In this document: piece after piece, positions 17,793 to 27,255 of the stretch
How positions within the stretch are numbered: position 1 is the first letter of the stretch
How the letters are laid out: every line of letters starts with the position of its first letter
Source: an uncultured Candidatus Saccharibacteria bacterium
GTDB lineage: Bacteria; Patescibacteriota; Minisyncoccia; UBA6257; 2-01-FULL-56-20
Reading direction: 5' to 3'
NCBI GenBank assembly: GCA_964361095.1
Contig: CAYHZA010000001.1
Span: 67,456-124,834 of the forward strand
DNA: 57,379 nucleotides
Position numbers and translations under genes: made by a program
The notes under the pieces: generated by a model
The model's database searches: none
What the model was told of the DNA's origin: nothing
The model's input: the letters and a program-made list of their open reading frames with translations, nothing else

Positions 17793-17894
17793 TAATCCAG
17801 TTCCTTAAGAAGCGATAAGCGCTCTCTTTGGGGGAGACGAACTCCTTCGGCATCTTGCCCGGAACCCATTCCCGACGAACGGGAAGGAGGTTGT

Positions 17895-18374
17895 ATGGTT
17901 GTAGGTCTTTTTCTTGTGGCTGTACCTACACTTTTAGCGTGGGCAATTCATGTGCAGAAAAAGAACGATCGGATTCGCGAACTCAAGTCGGATCTGCGCG
18001 ACGTCAACGGGAAACACGAAAATCTCGAGAGCCATGTAAGGCAACTCGAGGGTTTTTACAAAGAGCTTAGAGAGAATTTTACTAAGAGCGTAGAATTCAG
18101 GAAGCTCTTTATCTCCGAAAAGGAAGTCACGGCGGTTCTCGGAGAGTTGGCCGTGAAGAGATTTGAGTCGGAGAATGAAGAAATACAGGTTCAAAGAGGC
18201 GAGAAAAAGATTTCCGCGGCGCAACTGGTAGCACTAAAAGCCGATGTCGCCGCTCGAAAGGAGAAGTTCGACGATACACGTGATCTCGTTCGTGCGGTGT
18301 TGGGCAGAGAGCATGTCAAAGATGACTATATCTGCTATCTGCCCGAAGAACTGCAGGAGAAGGCGCGTCGCTGA
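17895..18374 (+). CDS. membrane-anchored coiled-coil protein (hypothetical)
   Basis: 159 aa. GGAAGGAGG Shine-Dalgarno sequence 5 nt upstream. N-terminal hydrophobic helix, then a charged helical region. Confidence 0.6.
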   Translation: MVVGLFLVAVPTLLAWAIHVQKKNDRIRELKSDLRDVNGKHENLESHVRQLEGFYKELRENFTKSVEFRKLFISEKEVTAVLGELAVKRFESENEEIQVQRGEKKISAAQLVALKADVAARKEKFDDTRDLVRAVLGREHVKDDYICYLPEELQEKARR

Positions 18375-18472
18375 CTGATTCATCGCAGGAATAACACTTT
18401 CTGCGGCCATGCCTCGAATCACTACGGTTCGGGGCATTTTTTATACTTTGCGGGGAGATGTAGAATAAGAGC

Positions 18473-19942
18473 ATGTCTCCAGCCGACGTTTTTTTCGGTA
18501 GTCTGCTCTCGTTTTTGATAGGCGTGCTTGCGGTGAGCGCCGGATGGAATGTCGCCGCGGTATTTTTTAGCGCAGTTATCATAGGAATTTTTCTCGTGCG
18601 TTTCAAGAAATGTTCTCCGCGTTATTTCGCGCTGTTTTTCATCGTGCTCTTCTTTGGTGCCTTTTATTATCATCTTTATCTTAACCTGAACGAAGTTCGG
18701 GAAAATATTCCCTATGGCAAACAGAGTGAATTTTTCGGAGTGATCGCGAGCGAACCGAAATTTACCGAAAAAACCCAGTATTTTAATCTACGACTCGATC
18801 CGCCACTTTCGGGAACCGTTACGGTTTTTACAGATCGTATTCCCGAATATTCGTACGGAGCGCGTCTTTTGGCTGGTGGTGTAGTGGAAAGATCTGAAGA
18901 CAATCGTTTGCCGACTGTGTTCTATCCGCGCGTAACAAGCGCGACGGAGAACACCTCCTCTCTCCGTGGTTTTTCACTCATTAAAGCTAAGCTTGTTGGT
19001 TTTAAACTTCTTCTTATCGGCCAGTTCAGAAAGGTCCTTCCCTCGGATTCCGCCGCGCTTCTCTCGGGACTTACCTTCGGTTTTCAATCGGATTTCTCGA
19101 AGGATTTTAAGGAGCAGATGTCTTTGAGCGGCACGACGCATTTAGTCGCGCTCTCCGGTTACAACATCGCGATTTTGGTATTTTTTGTAGCACAGATGCT
19201 CCAAGGATTTCTCTCGCGGCGAAAGACGTTTTACGCAACCGTGATTATCATCTTTCTCTTCGTGGTGATGGTGGGCGCGGAGGCATCCGTGGTTCGCGCG
19301 GCGATCATGGGTTTTCTGGTGCTTTTTGCGAGGGAGGCAGGGCGGTTCTATAGCTTTCGTAACGCGATAACGCTCGCGGCGGCGGTGATGGTGGTCGTAA
19401 ATCCCACGATTCTCGTTTTTGATCTTGGGTTTCAGCTCTCGTTCGTGAGTTTGCTGGGCATAGTCTACGCGGCGCCCGCGATAAAAAACTTTTTTGGGCG
19501 ATTCGGGAAAAGAACTCCGGTCGCGCATGGGAGAACGATAGAATCCGAGAGTTTTCTCGGATGGCGGGAAAACTTAACGACAACGTTTGCCGCCCAGCTC
19601 GCGGTCGCGCCATTCATTCTTATGTATTTCGGGCAGGTTTCGCTTACTTCGCTTCTCGCGAACATTCTGATCCTTGAGTTCGTGCCGATTACGATGATCC
19701 TCGGATTTCTCCTTGCGGCGATAACATTTTTCTCCGCTTCGCTTGGCTTGCTTTTCGCGGGACTCTTGAACGTCCTTCTCTCCTATGAAATTGGAGTTAT
19801 CAAGTTTTTCTCGTTTTTCCGCCTCCCGGTTGCGGGCTCTTACTCTTGGTTTTTGTTTTTGGTCTATTACCTGCTTCTCATTGCGTTTATAGCGCGTTTT
19901 AGCGATGATAAAAAGCGAGACGTACTCGATAAAAAACAATGA
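18473..19942 (+). CDS. ComEC/Rec2 competence channel, membrane (DUF4131 + competence) part
   Basis: 489 aa, polytopic. SGTTHLVALSGYNI and EASVVRAAIMG are ComEC-like motifs. Its stop overlaps the next ATG (ATGA). Confidence 0.75.
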   Translation: MSPADVFFGSLLSFLIGVLAVSAGWNVAAVFFSAVIIGIFLVRFKKCSPRYFALFFIVLFFGAFYYHLYLNLNEVRENIPYGKQSEFFGVIASEPKFTEKTQYFNLRLDPPLSGTVTVFTDRIPEYSYGARLLAGGVVERSEDNRLPTVFYPRVTSATENTSSLRGFSLIKAKLVGFKLLLIGQFRKVLPSDSAALLSGLTFGFQSDFSKDFKEQMSLSGTTHLVALSGYNIAILVFFVAQMLQGFLSRRKTFYATVIIIFLFVVMVGAEASVVRAAIMGFLVLFAREAGRFYSFRNAITLAAAVMVVVNPTILVFDLGFQLSFVSLLGIVYAAPAIKNFFGRFGKRTPVAHGRTIESESFLGWRENLTTTFAAQLAVAPFILMYFGQVSLTSLLANILILEFVPITMILGFLLAAITFFSASLGLLFAGLLNVLLSYEIGVIKFFSFFRLPVAGSYSWFLFLVYYLLLIAFIARFSDDKKRDVLDKKQ

Positions 19943-20802
19943 AGAAATCGAATACCTTAAGCATCGCGCTCGTCATCACTATTATCGCCTTTGATGTTTT
20001 CGTTTGGCATCGCATTGTCTTTGGCGCTCCAGCAAAAACACCGGAGTTTTATTTTTTGGATGTCGGACAGGGAGATGGTGAGCTCGTTATACTTCCGGGA
20101 GGAGTGAAAATTTTGACGGATGCAGGACCGGACGGAAAAGTAGTGAAAAGTTTGGAAAAAATACTTTCACCGCAAGAGCGCTATATCGACCTCGCCGTTA
20201 TAACCCACCCCCAACTTGATCACTTCAACGGGTTTAACGAACTCTTGAAGCGTTATGAGTTCGGCGCGTTTATCGTGAACGGAAGATCAGGCACGCCGAA
20301 TGTGAAGGAGTGGCCAATCCTCGTTGATGAAATAAACCGAAGGCATATTCCCTTGATTACGCTCGCGGCGGGGGATCGTATAAAAAATGGCGAAAGCGAA
20401 GTTGATTTTCTCTCGCCTGACGCAACGTGGATTCAGAGCGGAGAGTTGAACGATACGGGTCTTGTAGAACTTATAAAAACACCCCTGCTCCGCGCTCTTT
20501 TCACGGCGGATATAGGCGTGAATATCGAAGAGTATCTTATCTCAAAAGGCATCGATCTTCGCGTCGATATTTTAAAAGTCGGGCATCACGGCTCGAAGTA
20601 TTCTTCAAGCGCGCGGTTTTTGGAAAAAGTGGATCCGAAGGTTGCGGTCATAGAAGTCGGTAAAAATCGCTACGGCCATCCGACGGATGAGGCGCTGAAA
20701 CGACTGGGAGACGCGGGTATAAAAGTATTTCGGACCGACGAAAACGGAACGGTGAAAATTATCGCCGAAGACAAAAAGCTAAAGGTGTTCGTCGGGCGAT
20801 AG
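19939..20802 (+). CDS. ComEC-type metallo-beta-lactamase domain protein (separate ORF)
   Basis: 287 aa. N-terminal TM helix, FLDVGQGDG, HPQLDHFNG and LKVGHHGSKYSS are MBL/ComEC C-terminal motifs. Confidence 0.75.
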   Translation: MKKSNTLSIALVITIIAFDVFVWHRIVFGAPAKTPEFYFLDVGQGDGELVILPGGVKILTDAGPDGKVVKSLEKILSPQERYIDLAVITHPQLDHFNGFNELLKRYEFGAFIVNGRSGTPNVKEWPILVDEINRRHIPLITLAAGDRIKNGESEVDFLSPDATWIQSGELNDTGLVELIKTPLLRALFTADIGVNIEEYLISKGIDLRVDILKVGHHGSKYSSSARFLEKVDPKVAVIEVGKNRYGHPTDEALKRLGDAGIKVFRTDENGTVKIIAEDKKLKVFVGR

Positions 20803-20806
20803 GTCT

Positions 20807-21310
20807 TTAGATGTGGCACGTAGCCACGCCCCCTTTCGCGATGTATTGCTGGTGGTACTCTTCCGCTCTCCAAAAGGTTGAAGTGGGAACGATTTCGGTA
20901 ACGATCTTTTTTCCTTCCCAGAGGGTGGGCTTCATTCCCGAGTCAATTTTCTTTTGCCATTCGTCTTTTGACTTTTTTGCCGCCGTTTCTTCTTCCGGCG
21001 TATGGAAGAAAATAATCGAACGGTATTGCGCCCCGACATCCGGTCCTTGGCGGTGTAACGTCGTCGGGTCGTGTATTTTCCAAAAAACACGAAGAAGCTC
21101 CTCGTAGCTTACCTCCGAAGGATCGTACTCCATCTGCACCACTTCCGCGTGGCCTGTTTTACCGCCGCAAACGTTTTCATACGTTGGGTTTTCGAAGTGG
21201 CCGCCTTCATAGCCGACCAAGGTATTTTTCACGCCTTTCGTTCTTCGGTAATCTTCCTCGATGCCCCAAAAACATCCTGCTCCGAATGTCGCCCGTTGAA
21301 GTTTTTCCAT
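20807..21310 (-). CDS. msrA: peptide-methionine (S)-S-oxide reductase
   Basis: [10 protein letters not shown] active-site motif and [15 protein letters not shown] at 21310 (MEKLQ...). The ORF track begins at a TTG at 21328. Confidence 0.85.
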   Translation of the reverse strand: MEKLQRATFGAGCFWGIEEDYRRTKGVKNTLVGYEGGHFENPTYENVCGGKTGHAEVVQMEYDPSEVSYEELLRVFWKIHDPTTLHRQGPDVGAQYRSIIFFHTPEEETAAKKSKDEWQKKIDSGMKPTLWEGKKIVTEIVPTSTFWRAEEYHQQYIAKGGVATCHI

Positions 21311-21460
21311 GGTATGTGTGAGCCTCAAAGGCCGCGTAGGTTCATTATACCGCTTTCTTTTATTTTAAAAAATCTTCTGGGGAGCAATAGGTGTCGAAAG
21401 TGTCGATTAGGGTTATACTGTTCCCAAAAGGTCGTTGAGGTTAATACCAAAAATATTGTT

Positions 21461-21856
21461 ATGGATATTTACGAAGTTGTTTTTGTGATTGGGCGTATTC
21501 TCTACGGCGGTTATTTCATGATGATGGGATGGAATCACTTTAAGAATACGGAGATGCTTGCGGGATATGCACAGTCGAAGGGGATTAGGTCGCCAAAGCT
21601 CGCGGTCCGCGGATCGGGCGTCCTGCTTCTTGCGGGTGGACTCGGAATTCTCCTCGGAGTGTATGTCGAATGGGCGGTTCTCGCGCTTGTTTTGTTTCTG
21701 GTTCCGGTTTCCTTCAAAATGCACGCCTTTTGGAGCGTTTCCGATCCAATGGCAAAGATGGGAGATATGACGCATTTTTTGAAGAACATGGCGCTTCTCG
21801 GCGCGGCACTGATGATGCTTATGATACCGACACCGTGGCTGTACGCGATCTTATAA
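21461..21856 (+). CDS. DoxX-family membrane protein
   Basis: 131 aa from ATG 21461, with four hydrophobic helices and a DoxX-like GGYF...GW.H pattern. The upstream part of the ORF-track ORF (21071..) is antisense to msrA. Confidence 0.6.
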   Translation: MDIYEVVFVIGRILYGGYFMMMGWNHFKNTEMLAGYAQSKGIRSPKLAVRGSGVLLLAGGLGILLGVYVEWAVLALVLFLVPVSFKMHAFWSVSDPMAKMGDMTHFLKNMALLGAALMMLMIPTPWLYAIL

Positions 21857-21957
21857 CCAAGAGGTGAGTTAAAAAGTGGCAGGGTATAAAAAGCGGCTCT
21901 GCGTTTCGGGGCCGATTTTTTATTTTCACATGGTTCGCGTTCTGGTAAGATGAATGG

Positions 21958-24624
21958 ATGGAAACTGCGTGGCATAAGAAAACTATTTTCGAAGCGCTTG
22001 AGGAGCTTCATTCATTTGAATCGGGACTAAAGAATGAAGAAGCGCTGCGGCGGCTTGCGCAGTATGGCACGAACACCCTGCCCGAGGCGCGGCGGGACGG
22101 TTTAGCAACCATCTTTTTTTCTCAATTTAAAAGCCCTCTTATCTATATTCTTCTTGCGGCGGCATTGATCGTCCTTGCGATGGGCGAGACGGCGGACGGC
22201 GCTATTATCGTTTTCGTACTTGTTTTTAACGCCGTTTTCGGAACGATCCAAGAAGGAAAATCCCAAAATACACTCGCGGCGCTTCGGAACTTTGTACAAA
22301 CGTCCGCGACGGTAGTAAGGAACGAAAAAATTCTTATTCTTTCGGATCGGGAAATCGTTCCGGGCGATATCGTGCTCTTAAATCAGGGCGATAAAGTACC
22401 GGCCGACGCGAGAATTATCGACGTGGATGCCTTAAAAGTCGACGAATCAAGTTTGACCGGCGAATCGACGCCCGTTCTTAAAACATCCGAAGCGTTAAAG
22501 CGATTAGAGACTTCGGTTTCGGAGCGAAAAAATATAGTGTTCAAAGGAACAAATATTTTAAGTGGTACCGCGCGGGCGGTAGTTGTCGCGACGGGCATGG
22601 AAACCGAGATTGGAAAGATTTCAAAGGCGATCGCGTCCATTGATACCGATATGCCCCTTAAGTCAAGTATTAAGGCGCTTTCGCGGCTTATTATTGTCAC
22701 CGTTCTTTTGATCAGCGCCACGCTTTTTATCGTTGGCATTGCGCGCGGACTCCCGCTCCGTGTGATGTTCGCGACGGTAGTTTCGCTCTCTGTTTCGATT
22801 ATTCCCGAGGGGCTTCCTATCGTTATGACGCTTGTGCTTGCTTCGGGAGTGTGGCGAATGACAAAGCAAAATGTGCTTGTCAAAAAATTGCAGGCGGTTG
22901 AGGCGCTGGGACAGGCGAATATCATAGCCGTTGATAAGACGGGGACGCTCACCAAGAACGAAATGACCGTGGAAGAAATCTGGGTTTATGGCAAACGGTT
23001 TACCGTTATGGGGAAAGGCTATGAGCCGAAAGGGGAGATTTTGTTCGAGGGAAAAGCGATTGATCCCTTGGAACACGGCGAGCTTCTTCTCGCGGGGCGG
23101 ATCGCGCTTTTTGGTTCGGATTCTCACGCGATGTATGTTGAGGATTCGAATATGTGGAAAGTTTCCGGGGATCCGACGGAAGGAGCGCTTAAGGTATTCG
23201 CCCTGAAACTTGGATTCAAAGATTCCGAGCAGGGACAAAAAATCTTAGATCTTCCGTTCGATTCTGTCACCAAATACCATCTCGTAGTTCGAGGATCAAA
23301 AGAAGAAAATTTTCTTTCCATGATCGGCGCTCCCGAAGTTCTTCTCTCGCTGTGCGACAAGATGGTGCTCGGGAAACGTTCGGTGAAACTAAACGCCGAT
23401 ACGCGGAAAGAAATCGAGTCGGTATTCTCCGGCATGGCTGAAAAAGGACTACGCGTTGTCGCTCTTGCGATGCGGGAAAATGTAGGCAAGGTGAATCCCG
23501 ATAAGCTTCCCCCGCTTACCTTTGTGGGTTTGTGCGGGATGAAAGATCCTCTCCGTGAAGAAGTCGCGGGCGCGGTCGCAAAAGCTCATGCGGCGGGCAT
23601 TAGGGTGCTGATGATATCGGGGGACTATAAAATTACCGCCCGTGCCATCGCGCGGGAGGCGGGATTGCTTGGGGGTGATGGGGTGCTAACGGGCGAGGAC
23701 TTGAAGAACCTTTCTGAGGAAGAACTGCTGGAGCGGATAAAGAATTGCAATGTTTTCGCGAGGGTAACGCCGCAGGATAAATTGCGGATCGTAGAGCTCT
23801 TTCGGAAACGGGGCGATATCGTCGCGATGACGGGTGACGGCGTGAACGACGCGCCCTCGCTCGCGGCCGCGGATCTTGGCGTCGCGATGGGGAAAATCGG
23901 TACGGAGGTTGCGAAAGAAGCGGCGGATCTCGTTCTTTTGGATGATAATTTCGGAAGCATCGTCGCGGCAATCGAGGAGGGGAGGAATATTTATAAGACG
24001 ATTAAAAAAGTTATTTTATATCTTTTTTCGACGAGCGTCGGTGAAGTGCTCGTAATCGCGGGCGCTATTTTTTTTGGGCTTCCCTTGCCGATACTTCCCG
24101 CGCAGATTATCTGGTTGAATTTCGTGACCGACGGGTTTTTAGATGTTTCGCTTGCTATGGAACCGAAGGAGGATGGATTGCTTCGTGACGGTTTCCGAAG
24201 GCCCTCAAAGTATATTTTGGATCCGTTTACGGTTAAAAGAATGATCTATATGGGCGTTGTAATCGCTACAGGGAGCCTTCTTATGTTTTTATGGTACTTA
24301 GGGAACGCGCCGGAAAAAGCCCTTGCGGCATCGCTTACGACACTCGCGGTTTTCCAATGGTTCAACGCGTGGAACTGTAAAAGCGAGAAGCAGTCGGTTT
24401 TTTCATCGGGTTTCTTTCGGAATAAGTTTTTGATCGGCGCGACGGGAGTGATTGTTCTCTTGCAGATGTTCGCGCTCTATAATCCCCTGATGCAGAAATT
24501 TTTACACACTACGCCATTGGCGCTGCATGATTGGGTGCGTATTATTATAGTGGCTTCCTCGATTCTTATGATTGAAGAGATAAGAAAATTATTCGATAGG
24601 AAGTGGTCTTTGGCACGGGCTTAA
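21958..24624 (+). CDS. P-type (type II, Ca2+/Mg2+-like) cation-transporting ATPase
   Basis: 888 aa containing TGES, IPEGLP, DKTGTLT and TGDGVNDAPSL. Confidence 0.9.
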   Translation: METAWHKKTIFEALEELHSFESGLKNEEALRRLAQYGTNTLPEARRDGLATIFFSQFKSPLIYILLAAALIVLAMGETADGAIIVFVLVFNAVFGTIQEGKSQNTLAALRNFVQTSATVVRNEKILILSDREIVPGDIVLLNQGDKVPADARIIDVDALKVDESSLTGESTPVLKTSEALKRLETSVSERKNIVFKGTNILSGTARAVVVATGMETEIGKISKAIASIDTDMPLKSSIKALSRLIIVTVLLISATLFIVGIARGLPLRVMFATVVSLSVSIIPEGLPIVMTLVLASGVWRMTKQNVLVKKLQAVEALGQANIIAVDKTGTLTKNEMTVEEIWVYGKRFTVMGKGYEPKGEILFEGKAIDPLEHGELLLAGRIALFGSDSHAMYVEDSNMWKVSGDPTEGALKVFALKLGFKDSEQGQKILDLPFDSVTKYHLVVRGSKEENFLSMIGAPEVLLSLCDKMVLGKRSVKLNADTRKEIESVFSGMAEKGLRVVALAMRENVGKVNPDKLPPLTFVGLCGMKDPLREEVAGAVAKAHAAGIRVLMISGDYKITARAIAREAGLLGGDGVLTGEDLKNLSEEELLERIKNCNVFARVTPQDKLRIVELFRKRGDIVAMTGDGVNDAPSLAAADLGVAMGKIGTEVAKEAADLVLLDDNFGSIVAAIEEGRNIYKTIKKVILYLFSTSVGEVLVIAGAIFFGLPLPILPAQIIWLNFVTDGFLDVSLAMEPKEDGLLRDGFRRPSKYILDPFTVKRMIYMGVVIATGSLLMFLWYLGNAPEKALAASLTTLAVFQWFNAWNCKSEKQSVFSSGFFRNKFLIGATGVIVLLQMFALYNPLMQKFLHTTPLALHDWVRIIIVASSILMIEEIRKLFDRKWSLARA

Positions 24625-24684
24625 TGTTCCCAAAATGGTTTGTTGTATACTCTAAGAAAGGTCGAATAGGAAATCTAACCTACT

Positions 24685-24924
24685 ATGAAGTACATAATCG
24701 CAGTTGTAGCGGTTTTCGGTCTTGCGGTTTCTATTGCTTCGGCGAATGAAGGTTGCGGACTTGGTTATGCACCGCGTTCCCGGTTTTCTCTTGAGCTCAA
24801 AAAGCTCTATACTCCGCCTTTTTTTGTTCACGCTGAAATTGATCGTGACGGAAAGTTGGAAGGACGCTCGGATTCTATCGCGATGCTTCGGCACGATATC
24901 TGCGTAGTGAACAAGGGTTTGTAA
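24685..24924 (+). CDS. small secreted protein (hypothetical)
   Basis: 79 aa with an N-terminal signal-like segment MKYIIAVVAVFGLAVSIASA. Confidence 0.4.
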   Translation: MKYIIAVVAVFGLAVSIASANEGCGLGYAPRSRFSLELKKLYTPPFFVHAEIDRDGKLEGRSDSIAMLRHDICVVNKGL

Positions 24925-25114
24925 TTTACAATCCCTTAAAGGCCAAGAGAGAATTTTGGAGTTTCCCTTTTGGTCTTATGTTTTTAAGCATATTTTTTTA
25001 ATTTTGCGCGCAAGTATAATGCCCGATGGTTTTATTTTATATTCTTTGGACATCTTTTCATAATAGATATCGTCATCTTCGCAGAAAAGAAGATGGATGT
25101 GCTACGTATTGGGG

Positions 25115-26029
25115 TCAGTCAAAAAGAGAGATAAGGTACTGATCGATTTCGGCTTGGGTCAGGTTATAGAAATACTTATTTTTGTCGTAGAGTGCCGTCG
25201 CGAGGGCAACGCCGCCGAATCGCCAGTGCCACGGCTCAAATTGATAATAGGTATTGTTCTTGGGATACGAGATGACGAATCCGAATTTGTACGCGTTATT
25301 TGTAAGCCAGGTATACGCGGTTGATTTTTCGAAATCGGAAAAAACACCCTTGCTTGCCGTGTCGGTAAAATCCACGGCTGTGCCGAGCTGATGTTCCGAA
25401 TACCCTTGGTCGGCGGAAAACTGGTTCGCGGTTCCGGCTCCGTATGTTACTTTGTACCCCGTTTTTACCAAAATTTGTTCATAGAATGACCGGTATGCCG
25501 AAACGATTTGTAAGGTTACTCCACTCTGACGCGCGGCCTCGAACATTGCCATAAGGTAAGACAAAACTTCGGAGTGAATAAGCTGTGGTTTGCTTTTGTC
25601 GTAGAGATATTGGGAGTCGATGCTCGAGAGCTGTACGGGCGCGTAGTTTTCGCTCAGGAAGTATACCTTAGAATATTTTCTGAGGAGCTCGGGATCGGTT
25701 TCGCTCAGTTTTTTCAATCTCCCAACGGTTCCGGAAATACCTTTTATCTGTGACTCGAAGATACTATTTTTACCCTGTTCCGTCTGCAGTGTTTGCGTAA
25801 GATTTGTATTTTCTCCTCTCGCGGTTGCAAGGTCAGCCGTGGTGGAGGTGAGGGATATCTGAAGCTCCTCGATACTTTTTTCTAATCCCGCGACTTTTGT
25901 CTCGAGTGCCACGCCATGCTCGTAAGACTTCCAATAGGCATATCCTCCGAGGCCTACGAGTAGAATGGCAAGAATTAAGCCGCCTATCGTCAGGAATTTT
26001 TTATCCAAGGGAAGGGAGGGAATTCGCAT
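25115..26029 (-). CDS. membrane-anchored D-alanyl-D-alanine carboxypeptidase (M15B/VanY-like)
   Basis: 304 aa. TM helix, coiled coil, then SAYRSF..Q, SEHQLGTAVDF and EPWHWRF zinc-peptidase motifs. Confidence 0.8.
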   Translation of the reverse strand: MRIPSLPLDKKFLTIGGLILAILLVGLGGYAYWKSYEHGVALETKVAGLEKSIEELQISLTSTTADLATARGENTNLTQTLQTEQGKNSIFESQIKGISGTVGRLKKLSETDPELLRKYSKVYFLSENYAPVQLSSIDSQYLYDKSKPQLIHSEVLSYLMAMFEAARQSGVTLQIVSAYRSFYEQILVKTGYKVTYGAGTANQFSADQGYSEHQLGTAVDFTDTASKGVFSDFEKSTAYTWLTNNAYKFGFVISYPKNNTYYQFEPWHWRFGGVALATALYDKNKYFYNLTQAEIDQYLISLFD

Positions 26030-26173
26030 GGATTGATTGTACCACTCACGGCTCGTGTCGTGGAGGGGAGGTGATTAGGAAGGAAATGCGATATACTTGT
26101 CGGTAGAACTTTGACGCTTAAATCATGTTTCTGATTTTTCTCAACTGACGGCATATACAAGGAGCTGATCGCC

Positions 26174-27181
26174 ATGTCACTTCAAACGGTTCGAACCGCG
26201 GATATATCCGTCGCGTGGAAAGAGGCCGTTACGAAATATCAGACACCAAACACCTTCCGGTCTCTTGCTGAGATCGTAATAACGCTTACGCTCTACGCGG
26301 CAATGTGGATCGCGATGTACCGGAGTCTCGGCGTTCCGTATCTGTTGACGCTCGCGCTCTCCGTTCCGACCGCACTTTTTATGGTGCGCGTGTTCGTCGT
26401 CATGCACGATTGCGGACACGGTTCGTTCTTCAAATCCCAAAAGTTGAATAACTTTTTTGGCGCAGTCTTCGGCGTGCTGGTCTTTACGCCCTTCTTTCAT
26501 TGGAAGAACGCCCATGCGCAACATCATGCCACATCTGGCAATCTGGATCGGCGGGGGTTTGGCGATGTGTGGATGTTGACGCTTCAGGAATACGAGGCGC
26601 TGTCACCGCGGCGAAGGTTTTACTATCGCGCCTATCGGCATCCCGTGTTCATGTTTCTTGTAGGAGCCCCGTTCAACTTTCTCGTTCTCCATCGGACGCG
26701 TTTTCCGAGTCCAGGCGATCCTACGCGCTCGAGGATAAGTGTGCATGGCACAACCCTCGCGCTCTTGGGCTATGTGGCGGGAATGGTATCGCTCATGGGT
26801 TGGAAAGAATATTTACTGGTGCAGATTCCGGTATTCTATATCGCGACGATTATCGGAGTTTGGCTCTTTTACGTACAACACCAGTTTAAGAATACCTACT
26901 GGCAACGGAAGAAAAACTGGAATTACGTGGCGGCTTGCCTCTTGGGCAGTTCGTTCTATAAACTGCCGCCTTGGCTTTCGTGGTGGACGGCGTATATCGG
27001 CATTCACCACATTCACCACTTGAGCTCGAGAATTCCCTTCTATCGATTGCCGGAGGCGAGCAAGGACTCGGCGTTCGACGGCGGCACCACGCTTACGCTC
27101 TGGACTGGTTTCGAATCGCTCGGATTGCGCCTGTGGGACGAAAAACTCGGACGCATGGTGGGATTCAAGAAAATCACATGA
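26174..27181 (+). CDS. membrane fatty-acid desaturase
   Basis: 335 aa with three histidine boxes: HDCGHGS, HAQHH and HHIHHL. Confidence 0.8.
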   Translation: MSLQTVRTADISVAWKEAVTKYQTPNTFRSLAEIVITLTLYAAMWIAMYRSLGVPYLLTLALSVPTALFMVRVFVVMHDCGHGSFFKSQKLNNFFGAVFGVLVFTPFFHWKNAHAQHHATSGNLDRRGFGDVWMLTLQEYEALSPRRRFYYRAYRHPVFMFLVGAPFNFLVLHRTRFPSPGDPTRSRISVHGTTLALLGYVAGMVSLMGWKEYLLVQIPVFYIATIIGVWLFYVQHQFKNTYWQRKKNWNYVAACLLGSSFYKLPPWLSWWTAYIGIHHIHHLSSRIPFYRLPEASKDSAFDGGTTLTLWTGFESLGLRLWDEKLGRMVGFKKIT

Positions 27182-27201
27182 ATACAGTTTATAAACTCAC
27201 G

Positions 27202-27233
27202 CGGGCCGGAGGTTACTCTCGGCCCGTTTTTTT
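27202..27233. terminator. bidirectional rho-independent terminator
   Basis: Hairpin cgggccg-gaggttactct-cggcccg followed by TTTTTTT, between convergent genes. Confidence 0.65.
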
Positions 27234-27255
27234 ATTTTTACATAAAACCTAAATC

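Noticed and set aside
17793-17894. Possible riboswitch in the ~100-nt leader after the strong promoter at 17763-17792
   Set aside because: It contains hairpins (for example cccgacgaacggg next to the SD), but I could not match it to any riboswitch consensus. The downstream gene is an uncharacterised coiled-coil protein, so there is no ligand logic.
21071-21460. Upstream 130 codons of the DoxX ORF as given in the ORF track
   Set aside because: This part is antisense to msrA and has no membrane-protein character. ATG 21461 begins the hydrophobic DoxX-like sequence.
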